Source of the DNA: Selaginella moellendorffii
Lineage: Eukaryota > Plantae > Lycopodiophyta
DNA length: 64,000 bases
Reading direction: 5' to 3'
Assembly (NCBI RefSeq): GCF_000143415.4
Contig: NW_003314262.1
Coordinates: 1,353,960-1,417,959 of the forward strand
Each line of letters starts with the position of its first letter. The stretch's first letter is position 1. Of this stretch, positions 50,479 through 63,532 are shown in pieces. A program made the translations under genes and the position numbers. A model generated the notes under the pieces. That model ran no database searches. It saw only the letters and a list, made by a program, of their open reading frames with translations, and was not told where the DNA came from.

Positions 50479-53400
50479 TCACCGCGATTGAGTCGGGCAA
50501 CACACAAGCCCGGAAGCATCAGCATCCACCACCGCCAAGTCGCAAACGCTGCAAATCCTCCCCGCCACCTCGGGGACGAACCGAGCAGCGCAGTAGGGGC
50601 ACGTCACCGACCTGCTGCCCGCGTAGATGGGCGTAAACGTTGCTCCACACACCACGAACGGGTTCCTACCGTCGTAGTTCATCCTCTTCTCGTCGCGGGG
50701 GTTCCTCTCGCATGCCTGGAGGAGTTGCCGCGCCTTGGCGATGCTGGCCTGGTTTGGATTCATGTCGAGCAATCGCCTCGCTAGCTGCGCAGCCGTGGCG
50801 AAGTTCCCGCACCGATACGAGGCCGCCATAGCCGACTGTAAGCCGAGCCGGACGTGCGAAGGCTGGATGTCGCAGTGAGTGAAGTACGCCGCGAGCTCGG
50901 CCTGGCGGACGGGCTCGTCCCTGAGATCCTTGCGCTTGAGCTCCATCTTGAGCGCCAGGACGTACTCCTTGCTCTTGCCGATCAGGTCCTTGACGTCGTC
51001 CACCTCTTTGCGGCTGTCCACGACGATCACCGGGACGGTGTGGAGGATGGCGAGAAAGAGGCGGAGAGCTTCAGTGAATTTGCCTTCGGTGGTGAGCTTG
51101 TAGGCCTGCTTGGCTCGGTCCTCCAGCTGGGAGAGCTTGTAGATCGGCGCTGGCCCGTTGCGGACGTTTGGAGGCGGTGAGTCCGACCAGCCTCTCTCGA
51201 GGCCATACGTCAGGGACTCCACCGGCTTGAAGGCCCCGAGCGAGCTCTGGCTCGCGAGGTGGAGGTCGCAAAACACCGGTTGCAGCGGCGCGAAGTTTTT
51301 GATCCCGAGTTGCCGATTGAGGAGGCGCATTGCACTGTCGAAGGCTCCAGCGGCGACGTGATCGGCAGCCAAGGAGGACCTTTGCGTCCAGAGTTGAGTG
51401 ACCGGCGCTCCTGGAGTTACACCAGCGAAGAAGCTGGACGTTGTAGCGTTTTGGCTCTGCACCACCTCCGGCGGAAGTTCCAGGTCTTCCAGCTCCCAGC
51501 CTCCCTCTTCTTCGCCCTCCTCAGCTCCAGCTCCGGCTCTTTGAATCTCCTCGAACTCTTCCATTTCGCCAGTTCTTTGAGACTCTCCGCCTGGTATGAT
51601 GACGAGTTCTTCACCCCATGCGTCCGGAGCGTTTTCTTCCTCTTGGTCCACTACCCCAGGCTCGGCAAAGCCGCCTTCGAAAAAGCCTCTACTGATCAAG
51701 AGCAGCGGCCAGTTGCTGTCCCGGAGAATTGGAGATGGCGGCACTAGCAACTTCGACTTCTCAAGCTTAGGAATCTGTGGCACCTTGTCACCCAGCTCTG
51801 TAGCCAGACGCTCCGCCACCTCAACAAGCCCATGAACAGCCGCAGTTGCGTATGCAAGAGGAACGTGTCCCGTTTTCTCAAGTAACTTGACCCGCTCTTC
51901 GACGTCACCCAGGTATAAGGCGTTGTGAAAGCATCCCATCACGTCGTTTCTCGTGTCTGCAATCTTCAGCATCCTCGACAGCTTGTCCAAATTCCCGGTT
52001 ATCAGGTAGAGGAACGACAGCCTCTCAAAGTTCCTTGTTCGCTGATATGCGTACTCCACAATCTCGTGGTTGCCCTGCCTTAAAGCTTCCACCCCCAGCC
52101 TGTACCAGTAATCCTTCTCGTCAATCTCTTTTGCTGAAGCAACTGCGACTTCGATGTTGCCACACTCGATGGCCAGATTGAACTTGGTCCTCTCGTCCTT
52201 CACGAAATGCAGGGCTACCTCGGGGAATCCCTTCTGCTGCAGATATGAGATGATCGCCTGTCCACAAAGTCGAGAGCTCCTGATCATTTCCAAAACTCGA
52301 TCGTATCGTTCCTGGAGCAGCGCCAGCTTAAACGTGAACTCCGTCGTGTCGATGGTGATGGTCTTAACTTTCCCCTCCCTGTCCAGGAAATAGACTTTGT
52401 CGCCGGCCACCCGAGTTATGTAGATTGGAACGTCCAGAGTTGAGATGGTGCCGTTATCACCATTCGGAAGACAGTACTTGATGTGGTTCAAAGTCGTGTA
52501 GAAGAACACCCCTTTGTCATCCCATGCAGCACTCTTGATACGGATAGTCTCGTGAACGCTGCACTTGAGAGCCAGCGTCTTCGTCGCCATGACGACGCTA
52601 TGCTTGCTCACCAGAGCCATGGCCTCCATGTCCATTGACCAAAGCACGTACTTCACTTGGGAGCTGTGAATCTCTCCCAAAACCGCCTTCTGTTGGAGGT
52701 CAAACAAGATCATCTTGTCGTCTGAGCGACAGAGAAGAGTTCCCGTCCCCGCATAGAAGATGGCATCAACTGTCGCAGATGGAGCCTCGACTCTCTTGGA
52801 GACCTCGTTCCTGAGATTCTTGACTAGAATCAAGCCGTGCGCCTTGTCCAGAACAGCAAAGCGGTTGCGGGCCACGAAAACGGCCGACGACCCGCTACCT
52901 TTCTTCGGTTCCAAAGTGTCGTTTCTGATGCTGTCCCTTGGGATGATGTAAAGCTCGTACGTACCGTTGTCAACGTCCGAGCATAAAAGCACGGCGTTCT
53001 CGGCTGGATTGTAAGACAACGTTCTAGGCGCCTGATTCAGCCCCGCTCTTCGAATGTTTATCAGTGATGTGTCCTCCGAAGTGGCAAAGTCGTAAGTCCT
53101 CAAACTCTTTTCTTTGACGTAATACAGCACCCCTGCACTGATTGTATAAGCCGGCCTCTCCCTTTCGAGCTTGAAGACGATAATTCCGCTGTCATGCCCT
53201 GCCGCAAGAAGGTTCATCTCGGGGTGGCCACAGATAACCCAGAAACGGTCGTGGTCCCTCCTGAAAGTTTGCACGGCCGAACGCTTGGACAAGTCCCAGA
53301 CTCGAATAGTTTTGTCCTCCGAGTTAGAGACGATGATGTCCTGGCGAGCGTGGAACAGGACACAGGAAACGTTGTTGGTGTGACCGCGCAAAGTATCAAC

Positions 53401-54246
53401 CTCCCAAGCCTTTGTGTCTATAGAACCAATGCAAGCGTTTAGAAACTAGACAGCATGACAAGAAAAAAAAGAAGAAGTTCACATACCATTTATCCTCCAC
53501 AGCTTAACTTGTCGATCGTCAGCGCCAGAGACAATGAGCGGCAAGCTCGGATGAAAAGCAGCCCAGTTGACACCCCTGTCATGTCCCTCGAGAACATACT
53601 TGACCACCACATCACCGCCGCCAAAAAGATCGCTGTTCATCTGCGTGAGCATCAGAAGATCCTCGGCTGGAGACACCGTCTTCTTCCTGAGAGAGCTGAT
53701 ATCCCACACACGAACAGTCTGATCCAGCGATGCCGACACCACGAGATCGTCCTTGACGTGAAACGAAGCACACATGACGTAGTGATTGTGTCCCGTGAGC
53801 ACGGAAACGCACGTCCGCGACTGCCAGTTCCAAATCCTGATGGTTTGATCGTCGCTGGCACTCACGATCCAGGGATACTCCTGATGGAACTGAACAGTCC
53901 GGATGTAATCCAAATGCCCCAGCAGCGTGAACAGGCACCTTCTCGCCTTGTAGTTCCAGACCTTGATCTTGTAGTCATCGCCTAGACAAGATCAATCGAA
54001 ATATCGATCAAAGACGCGAATGCTGGTTTGTGGCTTACCTCCCGAGACGAAAAGAGGCTGAGAGCTGTGGAAATGGATGCCGCGAACCGGCCCGTCGTGC
54101 TCGTCGAAGCGATCTATGAGAGATCCCATCCGGTAATCCCACAGATGAATGACGCCGGTGTGGAGACTGGCCAAGATCCATGGCCGCTTGGGATGGAAGC
54201 TCAGGCCCTTGACGCGATTGCTCTTCGTCTCGAACGTCGTCAGCAT
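50479..54246 (-). CDS. COPA: Coatomer subunit alpha (three exons)
   Basis: [31 protein letters not shown]40 repeats, [15 protein letters not shown] and C-terminal [14 protein letters not shown]...CPYC. Confidence 0.97.
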
Positions 54247-54850
54247 CTTGGATCTAGCTCGCGCCGCACTAACCTGAAAGGACGAATCCCCCCGATCGAT
54301 CGGAGCTCTCGGCGGTGCCGCGGGAATGACGCAGTAGGGTTAGCATCCAGCCGCTTGTTTCTAGCGCAATCGGACGGTCAGAGATCCGCGCTATGGCGCG
54401 TTGCGAATATTCGGATTCCCTTCTATCATACGATCAACAAATCAAAACTCCTTGTCTACAAGGTTTCTTGCGTTAATTACCTCCCTAGTCATGGAGCCGA
54501 CTCTACCCCATCGCGCAAACGTATAGTACGCAATTCGATCATCAGACTCTTCAGAAAAAGAAAGGGGCGAGATTAGTCAGTGCATAGAAAAATCAAGAGA
54601 CTACCTGAGCGTAGTACTTGTTGTTGTTGCTGGAAATGTTGGTCTTTGCATCGTAGATGGTATCTCCCTGTTCAAGGATTTACACAAATCATTCATGAAA
54701 TAACTTGGAGAGAGCTTACAATTTCTAGGACATGTTTGAGCAAACCATGGTCTAAAACCACCCTTATGAAAGATAAACCCTAAAAGTTGAAAACTATTCT
54801 AGTATATTCGAGCTTTACCGGGTTTTAGGGCTCTTTGGTGTGGATGAGCG

Positions 54851-56807
54851 ATGGCAGAATGCCGGCTCCGGGATGGGATCCACATTGATGAGGAGGAGCA
54901 GAGAAATGGGGGCAAATTTCCGCTTGTGCCGCCGCGAGAGGAAGAAGCTCCCGCTCTTCGCCAGGTCGGAGCACTACGGTATCGTCGTCTGTGACTGATA
55001 GTAGTGAGGATTCCAGCGATCGATTTGTGATTCGCAACAATCAAGAGGTAAGAAACTGTGATTGATTTCTTCTTTCTAGTCGATGATTGGGACTTGCCGC
55101 GTGTAGATTTATCGAGAGAATGCGTTTCTCGTGGGAGTCGACCATCGCGCATTGTTTGGAGCTCGAGCAGCTCGCCGACACACCGGACTGGCCGACATAT
55201 CAAAAGTACGTGTCAAGTTTTCAAGCTTATAGCTTTTGCGAAGCTTTTGCTTTATTACCTATAGATTATCCAAACCCGAGAACATACATGGCGTCTGGGA
55301 AAGTTGCGGAGGTGAAGACCGCTCTCCAGGCTCTAGACGTTGAGACGGGTGACCTTGGATGACGAAATATCGCCGGGGTAAGAATGGCAAGAACTTTAGG
55401 AACTCTCCACGACAACGTCTTCCAATTGCTCATTGGCTTCCATTTCAGGTTAGAAAAGGCATTTGGTGATCATGTTCGCACAGCTCTGATTCTTGACATC
55501 TTTAGCCAGAGAGCAGCGACGCGTGAAAGCGGCTTTGCAGGTAGCTGTTATTGTAGTTTAACAGGATTTTGTGCTGTTAACTTTTTTTTATCTTTTTCAA
55601 AGATAAAACTAAGGTAGAGTGAGTACCAGCTGCCGCGATTGACAAAACTTTGGACTCACCTTGAAAGACAAGCAGGAGGTATGGTGAATGGTATGGGAGA
55701 GAAGCAGATCGAACTTGATAAACGTATCCTTAGAACAAAGGTAAGCTCGGTGATTTCGCACACTGAAACTGAAGTTTGTGGCTTTTTAGAGGAAGAATCT
55801 CGAGTCGGTACGTGACCACAGGCAACAGTATAGAAACCGGGTTCCTATCCCTGTTATTTCTCTGGTACATATCTAGAGATTCCACAGGTTGGCTATACAA
55901 ATGCTGGCAAGAGCACACTTTTGAACAAGCTTAGTAATGCTGATGTTCTAGCTGAAGATCCACACTAGATCCTATTACGAGACGTGTAAAGGTGAGCCTC
56001 ATGTAGGCATTGTTCTGTTGTTGATGTTGTATCCTTTTCAGCTCCCGAATGGAAATGAAGGTTTGTTTACAGATGCTGTGGGTTTTATTTAAAAGCTTCC
56101 AACACAACTTGTAAGTCATGACGTTTGAGCTTGCGCTCTTAACTTTGTTTGTAGGTTGCCTCATTTCGTGCAATCAGCGATTTGTCTTTGATCCTACATG
56201 TTGTAGGTAGAAGGTTAGCCTTCATCTTTTGTTTGCTGTGTGTTTTGATTTGTGTTTGTTACAGTCATCCGATGGCGCCTGCACAAACAGAAGCTGTTGA
56301 CGAAGTTCTTGCTGAGCTAGATGTTCAACACATTCCTCGACTTTCAGTGTGGAATAAGGTAATCCTGTCCATGTCTGCGAAGTTACTGATCACGTTCACT
56401 TTGGTGTAAGATTGACAAAGCTGAGGACCCAGATGCCTTGAGAGCGGAAGCCAAACAACAAGGTGCAATCTGCGTGTCAGCCTTAACCGGAGAAGGCATT
56501 CAAGAATTTTTTTATGCTGTGGACACAAAACTCAAGGTTTACAAAGTTCATTCATTCATATGAAACACAGAGAACTCAAAAATGTTTTTGCAGGATTTAC
56601 TTGTGCGAGTGGAAGCCATTGTCCCGTATAGCAAGGCGTCATGATCCACAGGCGTGGTGTTGTGGAACATGAGGTAGTCTTCTGTTTCGTTGGGAATTAA
56701 TCAAAACTTTCTGGTTTTACAGGAGTATACAGATTCTGAGAGCTCACGTTCCTCTTGCACTGTCCAAACAGCTGCTCGAGCACCGTGATCGGGTCCCTTT
56801 TGTGTAG
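54851..56807 (+). pseudogene. hflX: HflX-family GTPase gene disrupted by multiple small deletions and frameshifts
   Basis: Motifs [54 protein letters not shown] and SALTGEG are present. Conserved segments are missing and frames are broken, but splice sites are retained. Confidence 0.85.
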
Positions 56808-56922
56808 TTTCGTGTGAAGTAAACTTTACATTTTAAATCCAGGTGAACTTCAATTTGGCAATACATGCAGCAAGAGCTTACCCTTGATTCCTTCTTTCGC
56901 AGAGCTCTTGGCAAACGAAGTG

Positions 56923-58241
56923 ATGGATTTCGAAGTCGCTACTCTTTGCTGCCATTCCGGAAAGCCGCTTGCCAAAGGCAGTGCCAAGCAGGTGCTGTGC
57001 CTGGCTTCTGCAAATAAGTTCGACAAATTTTCCGACTACGCTGGAGCTGCTCACGTCTATAGGAGGTATGGTTCTCCAAACACCAAGGAGCTAGGAGACG
57101 CTATTGCGGCGCTGGAAGGCGGTGAATCAGGTAGATTTTCCATTTCAGTGAATTACATTGTCTAATGCTTGGGTTTTCGAGCAGGCCTTGCTTGCTCGTC
57201 GGGAATGGGAGCTATTCTCGCAGCCTTGCTTGCAGTGTGCAAGAGAGGGGACGTTTTGGTCGCTCCGCGTGATCCATACGGAGGAACTTACGACTTGTTA
57301 GTCAATGACTTTGACAGGTTTGGCATCTCCGTACGTCTGGAAGACGTTCTAGATCTTGTGAGACTCGACGCAACTCTCTCTGAGCTCTACGCTGCTGCTA
57401 CGGCCGGCGCCAGTGGCCGCATTGCAGTGTTTGTGGAGATGTTCTCAAATCCGCTGGTTAAAGTTGCGGACATTCCAGCGATTTCAAAGTTGTGCAAGAA
57501 ATATGGATGCGTTCTTATCGTGGACAATACTTTTGGTACTCCCGTCCAGCTCAAGCCGCTAAAGCAGGTTGTCACTTGATTACTGTCAAAGTTCTGAGTT
57601 CTTCTGTTTTTGTAGGGAGCGGATATGGTTGTACACTCTGCGACTAAGTTTCTTGGAGGTCACAATGATGCTATGGCTGGAGCACTCGTTGGGTCATCCG
57701 AGTACGTGACAAGTGCCGCAGGAATGGTAGCTCGCTGGGGTCTAGCCGCCTCACCATTCGATTCATGGCTCGTACTGCGAGGAATTCAAACTCTGGAAGT
57801 AAGTGAGAGACTCCAGTTTTATCCAACTAGCCTCGTGTTTTCTCACTCTGGACTTCACAGGTCCGAATCCAGCGACAGTGGCAGTCAGCTAGCATTCTTT
57901 CTCAGCAGCTTTCAGCTCATCCGCTCCCTCTTCGAGTTCACGCGGCACAAGGCTGCTCGATCGTCGCGCTCGAAGTTCCAAACGGACTTGATGGAGCCGC
58001 AGCAGCAATAGACGCGTTCCAGCTGATAACGCTGTGTCCCAGCCTCGGAGGCGTCGCCACCACCGTCTCCCACTCGGCAAGCTCCTCGCATTCCTTCCTC
58101 CCTCGCGACCGGCGGATTGCTCTGGGAATCACAGACGGACTCCTCAGAATCTCTGTCGGCCTGGAGCACGTCGACGATATCTGGGTCGACTTGGAACGCG
58201 GCATCTTCGCCGCCGCCGCCGCCTCTCATCCTGGGAGCTGA
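56923..58241 (+). CDS. Cys/Met-metabolism PLP-dependent enzyme (cystathionine gamma-synthase/lyase family), four exons
   Basis: Motifs YRRYGSPN, SSGMGAI, YGGT, DNTF, HSATKFLGGHND, SLGG and LLRISVGLEHVDD. No transit peptide. Confidence 0.9.
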
Positions 58242-58618
58242 AAAGACCTCGAGCTTGTTATCTTCAACAGCCGTCACAAGCATGCTCTTATAGGAGTCAA
58301 GATCAGCGGCTGGACATTCATTACAACGGAGAAGTTCTCAAGTCATTAGGCTGTGCGTTAGTTGACTAAGTTTTCGGCCACTTCACAAAGGCCATACAAG
58401 AGCTTTGCAAATTCCAAAGTTATGTCTCACAAGAAATTTGCAAATTCCAAAGTTATGTCTCAACCTGCTGAAACACAGTCACCTTCATTACTCAAGTTGT
58501 TGCTTGCTTGTGAAAACTGGTGCTGATATCAAGCGTCTTTGGACTTCAATTTTGTTTGCACTCCAGAGGAAATGCTAACGAGGCTCGTCACAAGAATTAA
58601 ATACACGTAATCAATAAC

Positions 58619-58701
58619 GTGGACGTGCCGGAGTGGTTATCGGGCATGACTAGAAATCATGTGGGCTTCACCCGCGCAGGTTCGAATTCTGCATAGTTCA
58701 G
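58619..58701 (+). tRNA. tRNA-Ser(AGA), probably a pseudogene (3' acceptor strand disrupted)
   Basis: GTGGACGTGCCGGAGTGGTTATCGGGCATGACT-AGA-AATCATGTGGGC...GCAGGTTCGAAT. The 3' end CTGCATAGTTCAG does not pair cleanly with the 5' end. Confidence 0.8.
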
Positions 58702-58848
58702 TGCTCGAACCATCCACAGCCTTATACCATTTGTTCATAGCTACTTCGAGAGCCAGGACTGGTGCACTTTCTATACATGTTGATGAGAGCATTTCCACTT
58801 GTAAACCAAAAGTTACCTCGTAGGCTCAAGAACACCTCGAAAGGTCAC

Positions 58849-59058
58849 CTTGCTCAAAGCAAAGATCTTGCTGAAAATTAAGTTAAGAGTGTTAGACGTT
58901 AGTCAAGTTAGGGGTTAAACTGACCTCAGTTGGCGAGACATATGATCTTTGTATGAGAGAGTCTTGCTCAAAGCAAAGATCTTGCTGAAAATTAAGTTAA
59001 GAGTGTTAGACGTTGGGTTAAACTGACCTCAGTTGGTGAGACATGTGATCTTTGTATG
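58849..59058. repeat. Two-copy ~110-bp tandem duplication (a 26-bp duplication also lies at 58404-58462)
   Basis: CTTGCTCAAAGCAAAGATCTTGCTG...TGATCTTTGTATG occurs twice; the second copy has an internal deletion. Confidence 0.9.
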
Positions 59059-59499
59059 GTCACTCTCTCATAATCTCTTGTGGACGCATCTCAAATCACC
59101 AAGCCTCTCTAGCAAAACTTTAGACTCACTTGACAATAACAATATTATAAACAAAACATATAAATATATAATTAAATTATAAATTGATACAAAATAAATC
59201 AGAAATGCTATACAACTGTGATTTGAGCCATTTTCAACTAACCTTTATCTTAAATTTATTATTTTACATTCACACACACATTAATTTGCTGCATATTACA
59301 TGCAGCAATGAGTGTCATTTGAAATTTTATAATTATAAACATTATTATAATTATAATTATGAAGAGGGAATATGAAAAGGGAATATAGAAAATGTGCATA
59401 TCAATTAACCCAAAAAAACCTAGCTTATATACAAGAGTGAGTGGTCTAGATTGAAATCAATATGATAGCTACCAAAATTCTACTACGCTAATATTAATA

Positions 59500-62400
59500 T
59501 ATGGCATTATAGCCATATATTTGAACTTCATATCATCCTTGTTATAATAAAAGGCCATTAGGGTTCTCTTATAGATGGGCTAGGATCTAAAGGAACATCA
59601 GGAGGAGGTATTGGTGGATTTATAGGTGGTATTAATTGTTTTTAATCCCTTTGAACGAAACCTTTCAACTACTACATATACACAATTTCTAGAGGATCAG
59701 CCTATTAAACGTTATGCCGAACTTCATAAACTTGCAATTCAACTTCCTAATATAGTACTTTCCACTGAGCAAGGAGCCCTTTGGATAAACTACGTATTGT
59801 AAGATGGGGAAAATGGACTAACACCAAGTTATCCACTTTGTACTCCGCATGTGGACAATGATAGGAGTTGTAGCGCTGTTGTTGTCCCACTTGTATGCGG
59901 CTTAGGTGTTCAACAAACTCTACTTGGACAAGTGGAAGAATACTCATCAAATACTAATTTAGCATCAGCAACTTGTGGCAATCAAAAAGTAAACCCAACT
60001 TCGTTAGTAAAATTGGATTATGACTATATATAAGTTTATATGGTGAAGAACAATATAACCATCATAACCAAAATAACCATCATAATCTAAATGCTGAAAA
60101 TTCACGTACTTTGCGATCATCCCATTAAATGTCCAAATAAGTCATTCCACTAAATTATGTAAGCTCTTGAGTTTGGACTTCCCGGGAAATCACCCAGCCC
60201 AGTACTATTCCAACCCAAGGATGCTTAACTCCAACTATCCCAAGACCATTAACCGATTGGAAAAAGGGGTGCACTCTTGTTTATAGGCCCTTTCCCTCTA
60301 TATTTGAACCCCATGGATTGTCTCTCGAATCGTTCCCTTTAGTTGCTTACAATCCACCACGCTTCCCTGCAAGTTCATGCCCTCGTGAACGGAAGCTGAG
60401 AGCCACAACTCTCCCGAGACCCCCACTCTCTTGACACCCTACCCTTCGGGTCGAGCCCAGCGGGAACAAACTGGACCAGCCAAATGTCAATCAACATGTG
60501 GTGTGATTCCCCTAGCCAATCAATAGAGTCGGACCCGAGACCCCTTTGATACCAAATGTAAACTTCTAAGTTTGGACTTCCTGGGAAGTCATCCAGCCCA
60601 ATACTAATCAAACCCAAGAACACTTAACTCTAACTATCCCAAGACCCTTAACCGATTGGAAAAGGGGGTGCACTTTTGTTTATGGGCCCTTTCCCTTTAT
60701 ATTTGAACCCTATGGACCGTCTCTTGAGTTGTTCCCTTTGGTTGCTTACAAACTATTTAACTGTGGATGATAAGCATTCGTGAAAGTGTGGCATATTCCC
60801 AATTGAGACGTCAAACCATGAAATGCCTCAACTAACAATGCGGGACCATTATTTGAAAGAATTCATTCTGGATAAGCATTCTAGAACACCACTTGATTGA
60901 AGAGGAAGTATCCAATAATAGTGTAAAGGCATTAGCAAGAACACCAACTTTCACCCATGAGTCAAGTAGTCAGAAGCAATAATAACATACTTATTGCTAG
61001 CAGTTGATCATAAAAAATATCCTATAAAATCAAATGCCACCAACTCAAATGAAAGAGAAATTGTAATTGACTCTAACCATCCTTTCGTAGCATGAGAGGG
61101 AGTATTACAAGCTTGGCATTAAACATAGTTATGCACATATCAGATAACATCACGTTGCATCTTTTGCCAATAGAAAAACCTGCACAAATTCTTGATCATA
61201 TGACAATGTCCCATATGCTTGCCTAAAACAAAAGAATCATGGTAGGCATGGAGAAACCGTGGAATAAAGATTAAAGGCACTACTAGCTATAAATGATTAT
61301 CAAGATCTATCCCCATAAAATAAAAAAAGTTATCTTCAAAGAAATATTAAAAATGTAAATACCAAAATGGTAAGCCATCAGCAAGTGATGCAAGATTCTC
61401 AAATCTATCTCAAAGCCTTCAAATCCATGGCTCAATCTTTTAAGCTTTGTGAATCTTATCAAAAGAAGGTAAATTTTGCTTTATACCTTATGGATATTGA
61501 ATATTAAGTATAGCAACTGCCAACGGTATAGAATCCTCATCTATAGATATTAGAACAACAAGCTTGTCAAAAATATGAGAAAAGAGTGAAAAAGGAAAAG
61601 GAGTTCAAGAAAGGGCATCAACATCAACTATAAAACTCCCTAGGCGATGAACAACATCAAAATTATAGAAAACCATATAAATATATATAAAGTTTCTAGA
61701 AACCCTAAATTGTTGCTAAACACTCTTTTGTCGTGAAGTAGTTTGCATCTACTAGTTGTAATATACGGCTTATATATACAATAGGATAGCACTAATTAAG
61801 CACACTCAGGCTCTCTTGCATCAACACACCTCTAAAATTAATATCAAAAACATCCATGTGCAAAATGAAAAGTTGAGTGTAGTCAAGATACACCAAAACT
61901 AGAGGAATCGTCAATAATTCTTTGAAATCTATAAATGCTCATTCACAGTCCGCAAACTAGATGAAAAATGACATTGATAACTTCAGCAATGCTCGCAATG
62001 GTGTAATGTGATCAGAAAGATGATCCACAAAACAACCGAAATACTGCATGTTGCTTAAGAAGCATTGCATATCATTCACACACTTCGGAGTAAGAAACTT
62101 TAAAATAGCCACAAATTTATTAGGATCAACTTACAAACCTTCACGAAAAATATGGTATCCAAGATAAGTTATGTCCTTGGACCTTGGACTAAACATGCAC
62201 TTTGACTACTTCAACTTTAAACCAACTTCTCATACCCAATCCAACACTTTATAAACATTATGGATGTATTCCTCTTACGTCCCCTCCGAGTAAATCAAGA
62301 TATCATCAATGAAGTTAGTAATTATCTCCGGCATATTGCAAAACATCTCATCCATCATCCACTGAAAAGTCATTAAAGTACCAAATGGTGTACAAACCAA

Positions 62401-63532
62401 ACGGTGTATGAAAAATAATTTTAGAAATATCTTCTTCTGCTATTAGTACTTGCCAATACCTAGAAGCAAGATTGAGCTTGGTGAACTAATAACTTCTCCC
62501 TAGACGATCCAAGAGATCAATAGTGTGAGGAAGGGGGTACACATCTGGGATCATCACTTCTTTTAATAAATGATCGTCGATGTAGAAATAAATACTAACA
62601 TCTCCTTGATGTTTGCACATAAAATCTTGATCTTTTTTAGTGACCGATAATGAATAGAAACCTTGATTAAACGAGCATCCCTAGTTGAAATCAGATGACA
62701 TGTGGCAATCTTGACCTCAGATGATAGGTTAAAGTCAAAGAGATCGGCATACTCCATGAGGCGGTCAACTGCTGCAACATAAAGACTATCAAAGGGATCA
62801 GAAAAGGGAAGAGCAAAACAAAATAGAAATATAAGAGGAAGTAATAGAGAGATAAAAGTAATAGAAGCAAAGGTAGAAGCAAAGGGACAAAGAAGTCCAA
62901 AAGTGAAAGGACTTGATGAAATATAAGGAAGTATGAGATAAAGAGGAGAAGCCTCAAAGTCACATTTGGCATGATTGCATTGCAACTAATCCATACCAAA
63001 TATGAGGTCAAAAGCTTGACTCGACACTATCCATAATGACTGCAACCCAAGCTTGAGATCGCCCATATGCACAACAAGGTCCACTTCATCCCATGCACAT
63101 GCATGTGTACGGGTGTCGCCATAAAGAATGAAAACTAGCTCTATTGTACAATGCAAATGTAGATAGCAATGTATGGCTATAGGTCGAGCAATAAAAGATA
63201 AACTTAAACATGTATTAACCAACACAGAGAGAATAATAAGAGGCCTCTTGTTATAAAAACAAGCTTGGAAAGTAAATACTAGATGAATTGGTGCCGAGTG
63301 AACCCTTTGATGATACTCCTAAAAGAAAGATAGAAGGGTCATAAACTTATTTGCAAGATCCTTCCATTACTCATATGACTCCTTATTTCCTAGATGCATC
63401 TTGGTGTCTAAACCTTCCACTACAGCAACATCAATAAAATGTTATTGACACCAAGGTCTTTACACAGGATATGGAGGCTACCAATCTGGAAAATGCTGAC
63501 AACGGCAATAAATGTGACTAGCTTCATCACAT
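59500..63532 (-). mobile_element. Degenerate Ty3/gypsy gag-pol, same family as 1-6410
   Basis: Reverse-complement colinear with the left-end element (RT YPLPHTIDLLDRLG at ~62540, integrase at ~61250). Gag zinc-knuckle remnant CDEASHIYCRC at ~63500. Confidence 0.88.
60158..60750 (-). mobile_element. Cassandra-type TRIM with 5S rRNA-derived LTR core
   Basis: 194-bp TG..CA LTRs at 60158-60351 and 60557-60750. tRNA-Met-type PBS TGGTATCAAAG and PPT AGGGAAGCGTGGTGGAT on the minus strand; TSD AATTA/AACTA. 5S-like core AGTTAAGCATCCTTGGGTTGGAATAGTACTGGGCTGGGTGATTTCCCGGGAAGTCC. Confidence 0.93.

Noticed and set aside
50488-54576. Numerous plus-strand ORFs over COPA (and antisense ORFs over MGH)
   Set aside because: Antisense shadows of GC-rich coding sequence.
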